From an uncultured Pelagibacteraceae bacterium (GTDB lineage Bacteria; Pseudomonadota; Alphaproteobacteria; Pelagibacterales; Pelagibacteraceae), in assembly GCA_902577625.1 (NCBI GenBank), contig CACGZX010000001.1:44146-108145 (forward strand): a stretch of DNA of 64,000 nucleotides. Direction: 5' to 3'. Both the position numbers and the translations under genes were made by a program. A model generated the notes under the pieces. The model saw only the letters and a program-made list of their open reading frames with translations, searched no databases and had not been told where the DNA came from. Positions 57,175 to 64,000 of the stretch are shown piece after piece (the first letter of the stretch is position 1; each line of letters begins with the position of its first letter).

Positions 57175-58110
57175 ATGTCTAATATTTTAATCATAAAACA
57201 TGGTTCTTTAGGAGATATAGCTCAAGCTTGTGGTGCAATTCAAGATATATCTGAAAATCATAATAATGATCAAATATACTTGTTAACCACAAAGCCATAC
57301 TTTGATTTATTTAAAAAAAACCCCTATTTAACAGATGTAATATTGGACAAGAGATTATCCAGATTTAATCTAATTTATATTTACTTTTTGATGAGAAATA
57401 TAAAAAAATTAAAAATTTCTAAGGTTTATGATTTACAAAATTCTTCTAGAACAAGTTTTTATAAAAAAATTTTATTTCCAAATTCGAATTTTAACGTCTG
57501 GTCATCATCAGAAACAACACTTCCAAAAGACAAAACAAAAGAAGAATTTGATAAAAAATCTGTTCTAGAGAGATTTAACCATCAACTACAGACTTCAGAA
57601 ATAAATACCAAACACACATTACTTCCTGATTTTTCTTGGAGTTGTATAGATATATCTAAAATCAAATTAGAATATAAATTAGAAAAATATATTGTTTTAT
57701 TTCCATTTTGTTCACCACATCTAACTCAAAAAAAGTGGCCTTATTACAATGAGCTAATTAAAAAAATAAAAAGTCAATATAATGATCAGTACAAAGTTGT
57801 AGTGGCACCAGGTCCAGACGAAATTAATGAATCAAAAGATATCAATGCATTATGTGTTTTAGATAATGGAAAAGCTTTAGACATTTCTCAACTTTCATCA
57901 TTAATAAAAGATAGTTCATTTATTATTGCAAATGATACAGGCCCTGCACATATGGCAGCACATTTAGGAGCTAATGGTTTAACTTTATTTGGATCTCATA
58001 CAACAGCTTACAAAGTAAGTATTGAAAGAGAGAACTTTAAAGCAATTCAAGTTAATGATTTAGCAAAATTATCTGCAGATAAAGTTTTTGATAAAATTAA
58101 TTTAAATTAA
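57175..58110 (+). CDS. GT9 glycosyltransferase (LPS heptosyltransferase family)
   Basis: ILIIKHGSLGD, YDLQ.S.RT, K.WP, NDTGPAH.AA. Confidence 0.9.
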   Translation: MSNILIIKHGSLGDIAQACGAIQDISENHNNDQIYLLTTKPYFDLFKKNPYLTDVILDKRLSRFNLIYIYFLMRNIKKLKISKVYDLQNSSRTSFYKKILFPNSNFNVWSSSETTLPKDKTKEEFDKKSVLERFNHQLQTSEINTKHTLLPDFSWSCIDISKIKLEYKLEKYIVLFPFCSPHLTQKKWPYYNELIKKIKSQYNDQYKVVVAPGPDEINESKDINALCVLDNGKALDISQLSSLIKDSSFIIANDTGPAHMAAHLGANGLTLFGSHTTAYKVSIERENFKAIQVNDLAKLSADKVFDKINLN

Positions 58111-58520
58111 ATATAAATTTTATCTGCTAATCCGTAACAAAGAATTGCACTTAAAATTGTAAAAACTAATGGTGCAATTACACCTTCGTTTGAGTCATTT
58201 TTTATTCCAGTTTTATCAATCTTTATAGAATAAGTATTCACTAAAAAGATGCATAAGTTTTGTACAAAAACTAAGTTAAAAAATCCCCATGTTCCCTCAA
58301 CTCCTCCTGGTCTAACAAACATAATGTAAATTGCCATTAAGACTGCGCCGAGAAAAAGAGCTCCACACATTCTCATCATAGTAGATGCTGTTTCATCTAT
58401 TTGAAATTTTTCACGAAATTTTTTTGTTCCTATTATTAACTGGAAAGCGTAAACACCTAATCCAATAAAATGAACTAAGAAAATTATTAAGTATATTATT
58501 CCATTAAATTTTTCGATCAT
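58107..58520 (-). CDS. Hypothetical 4-TM membrane protein
   Basis: 137-aa hydrophobic ORF downstream of the GT4 gene. Confidence 0.7.
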   Translation of the reverse strand: MIEKFNGIIYLIIFLVHFIGLGVYAFQLIIGTKKFREKFQIDETASTMMRMCGALFLGAVLMAIYIMFVRPGGVEGTWGFFNLVFVQNLCIFLVNTYSIKIDKTGIKNDSNEGVIAPLVFTILSAILCYGLADKIYI

Positions 58521-58532
58521 AAATTTATCTTA

Positions 58533-59615
58533 TCACAAAATTTTTAAATATTCTTTGGTTATATTATCCCATTCAAATTTAGTTGAGTAATCTTTAGCTT
58601 TTTTACCCATTTCCAAATATGAATTATTTTTTAAAATTAAATCTATACTAGAATAAATTTCTTCTAAATTATTACCATCACAAATAATTCCTGTTTCATT
58701 ATTTTTTATTGCATCTGATGCACCTCCATCTTTTCCACCAATAGAAGGTATTCCGTATTGAGCAGCTTCTACATATGCAATACCAAATCCTTCAACTGAA
58801 GTTTTATGTATAATTGATGGCATAACAAAAAGATTTGACTTTGAAACTAGTGCATTTTTTAGTCCTTGAGAAATATTCTTTAAAAATATTACCTGTTCAT
58901 TTAATTCTAATTCGTTTGTAAGTTTTTTTATGTTTTCTTCTTCATCACCGTAGCCAATACAGGTGTAGATAATATTTGGATACATTTGTTTAAGGTTTCT
59001 TAATGCCATTATTACTTTTTCATGATTTTTTCTTTTATCAAACCTCGAAACTGTAATTAATCTAGGATTTTTATTTTTTAATAAATTTTCAGCTTCTTTA
59101 ATTGATGATTTATCTATTTCTTTAGGAGGAAATACACCTGGATTAATAACAATTATCTTATTTTCATCTATTCCAATCTCTACTGCAAGATTTTTTGTAT
59201 ATTCAGAATTAGCAACAACATGATCAATATTATTGAAAGCTTTTAAAATCCTTCTATTAGCAAACGATCCTTTTTTATGATTAATTTCTTTTGAGTGTAT
59301 TAAACAAATTTTTTTCTTTGTTGTTTTAATTAATTCTAAGCTTTTCCAGTGATCTGCAATAACACAATTAATATTTTTATTTTTTTTTATAAATTCATTT
59401 ACCAGGTATGATTTACGATGTTTTCTTAAAAGTTTAATTCCTCCAACCCTATCAATTGAAAAAGATACTTTTTGATCATGTTCTTTATAATTTTCATGAA
59501 AGTCAGCAAATACTTTTACTAAATTATATTTTGCTATAGAGCAGGTAAGTCCCCACATTAAGTTTTGCATTCCACCAACTTCTGGAGGAAAAGATTTGGT
59601 AACTACTATGTACAT
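58533..59615 (-). CDS. GT4 glycosyltransferase
   Basis: FPPEVGGMQ, V.R...RK, EGFGIAY.EA. Confidence 0.9.
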   Translation of the reverse strand: MYIVVTKSFPPEVGGMQNLMWGLTCSIAKYNLVKVFADFHENYKEHDQKVSFSIDRVGGIKLLRKHRKSYLVNEFIKKNKNINCVIADHWKSLELIKTTKKKICLIHSKEINHKKGSFANRRILKAFNNIDHVVANSEYTKNLAVEIGIDENKIIVINPGVFPPKEIDKSSIKEAENLLKNKNPRLITVSRFDKRKNHEKVIMALRNLKQMYPNIIYTCIGYGDEEENIKKLTNELELNEQVIFLKNISQGLKNALVSKSNLFVMPSIIHKTSVEGFGIAYVEAAQYGIPSIGGKDGGASDAIKNNETGIICDGNNLEEIYSSIDLILKNNSYLEMGKKAKDYSTKFEWDNITKEYLKIL

Positions 59616-60172
59616 TAATTATTCAACCACTTGATATTACAACCCATACTTGGAATTTGACTTTCTGGTCCTTTTCCTGTTTCAGAAATTTGTTTCATTG
59701 CTTTATATAAATCACTTTCTCCACTTCTTACAGGTTTCAATTCTTTTAATTCTCTAATTCTTCCTCTGTATTGTAATTCTAAATTTCCGTTATAACCAAA
59801 AAAGTCAGGAGTACATACAGCATCATAATTTTTTGCAACTTCCTGAGTTTCATCAATTAAGTATGGAAAATTAAACTTATTCTCTTTTGAAAATTCAATC
59901 ATATTTTCAAAGGAATCTTCAGGATAATTTTTTACATCATTAGAACAAATCGCTACTGATTCTATTCCAAAATCAGCTAATTTATTTGCATCTTCAACAA
60001 TATCCTCAATAACTGCCTTTACATAAGGACAATGATTGCAAATAAACATTATCAAAGTTCCCTTATCTCCCTTGATGTCATTTAGTGAAATAATTTTATT
60101 GTCAGTAGACTTTAATTGGAAAGTTTCAGCTTTTTTTCCAAAATCACATATTGGAGTTTTTGTAAGCGACAT
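59615..60172 (-). CDS. Thioredoxin-fold (AhpC/TSA-like) protein
   Basis: FICNHCPYV, YPEDS, A.CTPDFF, PSMGCNIKW. Confidence 0.9.
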   Translation of the reverse strand: MSLTKTPICDFGKKAETFQLKSTDNKIISLNDIKGDKGTLIMFICNHCPYVKAVIEDIVEDANKLADFGIESVAICSNDVKNYPEDSFENMIEFSKENKFNFPYLIDETQEVAKNYDAVCTPDFFGYNGNLELQYRGRIRELKELKPVRSGESDLYKAMKQISETGKGPESQIPSMGCNIKWLNN

Positions 60173-60191
60173 GTTAAGTATTATATAAGAT
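60173..60191. promoter_or_regulatory. Putative bidirectional leaderless promoter
   Basis: TATTAT (+, 60179-60184) and TATAAT (-, 60180-60185), each 7 nt from its ATG. Confidence 0.55.
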
Positions 60192-60704
60192 ATGTTTTAC
60201 GATTTGGAAAATAAAAAACCAAAAAATTCTGGCGAAAATTGGGTCGCACCTAATGCTGTTATCATTGGAGATGTAACATTAGATAAAAACTCTAGCATTT
60301 GGTTTAATGCAACTCTTAGAGGAGATATAGAAAATATTCACATAGGTGAGGGTTCTAATATACAAGATGGAAGTGTTTTACATACCGATCCAGGCTGTCC
60401 TTTAAAAGTTGGAAAGAATGTAACAGTTGGCCACCTTGTTATGCTTCATGGATGCACGATAGGAGATAACAGTTTAATTGGAATTGGCGCCGTGATTCTT
60501 AATAATGCGAAAATTGGAAAAAATTGCATTATAGGAGCCAAAGCTCTTATTACTGAAAATAAAGTAATACCAGACAACTCACTTGTAATTGGCTCTCCTG
60601 GTAAAGTTATTAGAGAGGTAACTGAAGAAGAAAAAAGGGATATAGCAGAAAACACTAAACATTATCAAGATAACTGGAAAAAGTACTCTAAATCAATTTT
60701 TTAA
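60192..60704 (+). CDS. Gamma carbonic anhydrase family protein
   Basis: IGDV, LRGD, NIQD..LH, TVGH..LHGC, hexapeptide repeats. Confidence 0.92.
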   Translation: MFYDLENKKPKNSGENWVAPNAVIIGDVTLDKNSSIWFNATLRGDIENIHIGEGSNIQDGSVLHTDPGCPLKVGKNVTVGHLVMLHGCTIGDNSLIGIGAVILNNAKIGKNCIIGAKALITENKVIPDNSLVIGSPGKVIREVTEEEKRDIAENTKHYQDNWKKYSKSIF

Positions 60705-60710
60705 TTGTAT

Positions 60711-60914
60711 TTAATTAAAAAGCAAACCATCTATTGAATAAATAATTAATCCTAAAATTATTATAAAAAAAATTCCAAAAGCAATCTGTTCCAGTGATTT
60801 TTTTTTAAGTTTAGTTTTGCCTTGTTTGTATTGTCTTATTTGGATTATTCCAAATCTCATAGCAAACATTCCTAAAATTATTAGAGATAAATAAAAAATA
60901 AATTTTATAAACAT
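60711..60914 (-). CDS. Small 2-TM membrane protein
   Basis: ATG 60914, 2 nt after the upstream stop; two hydrophobic segments. Confidence 0.6.
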   Translation of the reverse strand: MFIKFIFYLSLIILGMFAMRFGIIQIRQYKQGKTKLKKKSLEQIAFGIFFIIILGLIIYSIDGLLFN

Positions 60915-60916
60915 TT

Positions 60917-61516
60917 TTAAGGGACAAGCCAATATTCTTTGTTATTATCTAATTCAAATCTAGCTCTTCGATGACCTTTGGCAGCTAAATAAAGCCATTC
61001 AACAGTTTTTATTTTACATTGAATTACAGTAAAGTTTTTATAACCCTCTTCACTTTGTTCCATAGTAAATTCAAAATTGTCTAACTCAGGTTTTAAACCA
61101 GATGTTGGGTTAGGAGATTCTGTTCCAGGGCCATTTTCAACTAAATAACATTTTCTACTGATGTGTCCTGTTTTTGACCATGACTCTTTAGTTATTTCAT
61201 TGTTATGATTAATTGTACATTCAACTTTTAATCTTACTTGGATCTTTTCTTCTTTGTCATAGAAAAGCATAGAAGCATTTTTATTATTTTTTAATTTAAT
61301 AATTTTATCAGACCTAATATCACTATGAAATTGAACTAGATTATTTGATTGATCTGATTTTCTAAGAACAACAATTCTTCCATCAAAATCTTTTTGATCT
61401 CCACAGATAAAAACTGGAATTCTGAACTGAGAACTTCTATTAGTCACCGCATCATCTAGCATTAACCAAATTTTCTTTTTTATTTCTTTGAAATCTTCGT
61501 AGTATGCTGGTTGCAT
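60917..61516 (-). CDS. Pyridoxamine 5'-phosphate oxidase-like FMN-binding protein
   Basis: RIVVLR, FHSD.RS.K, LFYD...K.Q.R, WLYL...GH.RA, WLVP. Confidence 0.85.
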   Translation of the reverse strand: MQPAYYEDFKEIKKKIWLMLDDAVTNRSSQFRIPVFICGDQKDFDGRIVVLRKSDQSNNLVQFHSDIRSDKIIKLKNNKNASMLFYDKEEKIQVRLKVECTINHNNEITKESWSKTGHISRKCYLVENGPGTESPNPTSGLKPELDNFEFTMEQSEEGYKNFTVIQCKIKTVEWLYLAAKGHRRARFELDNNKEYWLVP

Positions 61517-61522
61517 ACTTTG

Positions 61523-62392
61523 TTACTTTCTAAATCTTTTGATTAAACTAGATGTGTCCCAACGTTTTCCACCAAGTTCTTGAACTTCACTATAATATTT
61601 ATCAATTATCTCAGTTATAGGTAGTAAAGATCCATTATTTTTTGCTTCATCCATTGCAATTTTTAAATCTTTTCTCATCCAGTCAACTGCAAAACCAAAA
61701 TCAAATTTATCATCAATCATTGTTTTATATCTATTATCCATTTGCCAAGATTGAGCAGCACCTTTTGAAATAACTTCGATTACATCTTCCATTTTTAACC
61801 CAGCTTTCATTCCAAAATTAATTCCTTCAGATAACCCCTGAACTAAGCCAGCTATACAGATTTGATTAACCATTTTCGCTAACTGGCCACTTCCAGCTTT
61901 ACCTAGTAGTTTCATTTTTTTACTGTAGCAATCAATTTTATCTTTTGCTTTATCAAAGTCAGTTTGATCTCCACCAATCATAACAGTTAGTGCACCATTT
62001 TCTGCACCAGCTTGACCACCTGATACTGGAGCGTCTAAAGAACCAAAACCATTTTTTTTTGCATAGTCATAAATTTCTCTTGCTATAGTTGCTGAAGCAG
62101 TTGTGTTATCAATATATACAGATCCTTTTTGAATTGTTTTAAAAGCTCCTTGTTCACCGAAAGTTACTTCTTTAAGATCATTATCATTTCCAACACAAGT
62201 AAAAATATATTCTGCCTCCTTAGCAGCTTCTGCAGGTGTTTCTGCAATATTACCTTTATATTCACTAACCCATTTTTCAGCTTTAGATTTTGTTCTATTA
62301 AAAACAGTTACTTTGTGTCCACCTTTTGATATATAACCAGCCATTGGATAACCCATTACACCAAGACCAATGAAAGCAACTTTACAAGTCAT
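61523..62392 (-). CDS. NAD(P)-dependent beta-hydroxyacid dehydrogenase
   Basis: FIGLGVMG, CVGNDNDL, DAPVSGGQAGA, KMVNQI, FGFAVDWMRKDL. Confidence 0.9.
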   Translation of the reverse strand: MTCKVAFIGLGVMGYPMAGYISKGGHKVTVFNRTKSKAEKWVSEYKGNIAETPAEAAKEAEYIFTCVGNDNDLKEVTFGEQGAFKTIQKGSVYIDNTTASATIAREIYDYAKKNGFGSLDAPVSGGQAGAENGALTVMIGGDQTDFDKAKDKIDCYSKKMKLLGKAGSGQLAKMVNQICIAGLVQGLSEGINFGMKAGLKMEDVIEVISKGAAQSWQMDNRYKTMIDDKFDFGFAVDWMRKDLKIAMDEAKNNGSLLPITEIIDKYYSEVQELGGKRWDTSSLIKRFRK

Positions 62393-62400
62393 AAAAAAAT

Positions 62401-63612
62401 ATGTTTAAAAATTTAAGTTTAAAAGTAGTTATATTTGGATTTATATTTACATTTTTTTCAAGTTTTGGACAGAGTTTTTTTTTAGGAATATTCAATCCTA
62501 GTATAAGAAATGAATTATCTATTACTCATGGACAATTTGGCTCAGTTTATGCTTCTGCTACTCTATTAAGTAGTTTTATATTAATTTGGGTTGGAAAAAA
62601 AATTGACGATATAGATATTTCTAAATTTGCTTTTTTTGTTATTTTACTACTTGCATTTTCAAGTTTCTTTTTTTCTAAAATTTCTTCAATGCCATTATTA
62701 TTTATAGCAATATTATTAATGAGATTTTCCGGACAAGGAATGATGTCTCATACAGCAACTACTACAATTTCTAGATACTTTACAAAATCTAGAGGAAAAG
62801 CTTTAAGCACCGGATGGTTTGGATTATCAGCAGCAGAATTTATTTTACCAGTTTTAATGATTTACCTTTTGACAATTACAGTATGGCAAAATATTTGGAT
62901 TGGAATTTCACTTGTAGTGTTAATTTTTTTACCGTTGTTCTCATATTTTTTAGTAAAAAATCTTAATTTTGATTCAAGAGAAAAAGGAGACGATAATAGT
63001 TTAAGTGAAAAAGATTTTAAGCAATGGAAAAGAATTGAAGTTATAAAAGATTATAGATTTTATATAGTTTGTGCAAATATGTTGGCTATGCCATCTATCG
63101 CTACTGGCACTTTTGTTTATCAATCCTTTATTCTTTCTTCAAAAAATTGGGGTCCTTATATAATCGCACAATCATTTATGTCTTATTCTATACTTTCAGT
63201 TGTAGCATTAATTTTTTCAGGATTTTTAATTGATAAATTTACCAGTAGAAAAATTTTAATTTATATGAATATTCCATTATTTTTTGCTGCTATAGTTTTA
63301 TTTTATTTTGATAATCCTATTTCATCATTTGTATTTTTTGGATTGATTGGTATTACAAATGGACTTTGCAATGTCCTTGGATCATCAACTTGGGCAGAGA
63401 TATATGGAGTTAAATACATAGGCTCCATTAAAGCTCTTACTACAGCTTTAATGGTTTTTGCCACAGCTTTTGGAACAGCTGTATTTGGCATCTTAATAGA
63501 CAAAGGTTTTTCAATAGAACAAATTTCCCTAGTTTCTGCAGCATATATTTTTGCTTCAATAATTTCTTTGTTCTTTATTAGGAAAAATTTAAACCCTATA
63601 AAAATCACTTGA
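62401..63612 (+). CDS. MFS transporter
   Basis: About 12 TM, SSFGQSFF, R..GQG, WAEIYG...GSI. Confidence 0.88.
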   Translation: MFKNLSLKVVIFGFIFTFFSSFGQSFFLGIFNPSIRNELSITHGQFGSVYASATLLSSFILIWVGKKIDDIDISKFAFFVILLLAFSSFFFSKISSMPLLFIAILLMRFSGQGMMSHTATTTISRYFTKSRGKALSTGWFGLSAAEFILPVLMIYLLTITVWQNIWIGISLVVLIFLPLFSYFLVKNLNFDSREKGDDNSLSEKDFKQWKRIEVIKDYRFYIVCANMLAMPSIATGTFVYQSFILSSKNWGPYIIAQSFMSYSILSVVALIFSGFLIDKFTSRKILIYMNIPLFFAAIVLFYFDNPISSFVFFGLIGITNGLCNVLGSSTWAEIYGVKYIGSIKALTTALMVFATAFGTAVFGILIDKGFSIEQISLVSAAYIFASIISLFFIRKNLNPIKIT

Positions 63613-63643
63613 TTTTAAAGTTTACCAAGTATAAATAGCTCGC

Positions 63644-64000
63644 ATGGCAAGAGTAACAGTAGAAGATTGTATTGATAAAGTAGATAGTCCCTATGAATTA
63701 GTATTGGTTGCAAAAGAAAGAGTAACTCAACTTAACTCAGGGTTGGAGCCTACTTTAGATAGAGACAATGATAAAAATACTGTTATTTCTCTTAGAGAAA
63801 TTGCTGAAGAAAATATTAAAGTTAAAGATTTAGTAGAAAGCGCTGTCTATAAACTTAGAAAACATATTGAACAAGTTGATGATAGTTCGGATGATGATGA
63901 AGTAGTGGGTGATGATTTTGAAAATCTTTACAAAGGTGAAATATCAAAAAGTGGAGTTCCAATATTACCATCAAAAAGAGCTAGAAAAATTCCAGAAAAA
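63644..64000 (+). CDS. rpoZ: RNA polymerase omega subunit (3'-partial, not in the ORF track)
   Basis: [26 protein letters not shown]...[17 protein letters not shown], alphaproteobacterial type; runs off the window. Confidence 0.95.
   Translation, partial: MARVTVEDCIDKVDSPYELVLVAKERVTQLNSGLEPTLDRDNDKNTVISLREIAEENIKVKDLVESAVYKLRKHIEQVDDSSDDDEVVGDDFENLYKGEISKSGVPILPSKRARKIPEK

Noticed and set aside
577-63608. Many short track ORFs overlapping real genes (for example 577-759, 1302-1595, 13911-14180, 22515-22991, 31587-31919, 49167-49457, 53243-53449, 63303-63608)
   Set aside because: Antisense or off-frame shadows of well-supported genes, with no motifs or initiation signals
1-64000. CRISPR arrays, IS elements, rRNA, selenocysteine read-through
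   Set aside because: No spaced repeats, transposases or rRNA-like tracts seen; the redox enzymes use ordinary Cys codons

Overview
AT-rich, extremely compact alphaproteobacterial chromosome segment, most consistent with SAR11/Pelagibacterales (tiny or overlapping intergenic gaps, Lys/Asn-rich proteins, SpeD-SpeE fusion, taurine ABC with aminotransferase and ald). It holds about 70 CDS, one tRNA-Met(CAT) and no recognisable mobile element, CRISPR or rRNA. Functional blocks: small-enzyme/SMR operon (1-4.7 kb); cysE-cysK with persulfide dioxygenase and peroxiredoxin (4.8-8 kb); sugar ABC transporter plus GH63 hydrolase (12-18 kb); sulfonate catabolism (hpsN, pta-like, ComC-like, tauABC, aminotransferase, ald) interleaved with dhaK/dhaL and periplasmic redox genes (19-40 kb); tRNA-Met followed by dTDP-rhamnose genes (42.6-48 kb); polyamine synthesis with MTA salvage (apt, mtnP, mtnA, aldolase-SDR fusion, speD-speE, basic amino acid ABC; 48-57 kb); and the start of rpoZ. 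Best leads: (1) a 39-aa, 10-Cys ORF missing from the ORF track directly upstream of cysE-cysK (metallothionein or Cys-sensing leader); (2) a four-stem 5' leader on tauA with an anti-Shine-Dalgarno, and a similar leader on the sugar-binding protein gene; (3) a probable DHAP-shunt MTA salvage route using a fused aldolase-SDR; (4) a PQQ dehydrogenase, ComC-like enzyme and DhaL coupled to the taurine ABC operon; (5) an SMR pair with no glutamate. Four homopolymer frameshifts at 29.9-32.2 kb are probably sequencing errors. All calls come from reading motifs and context by eye; no database search or folding program was run.
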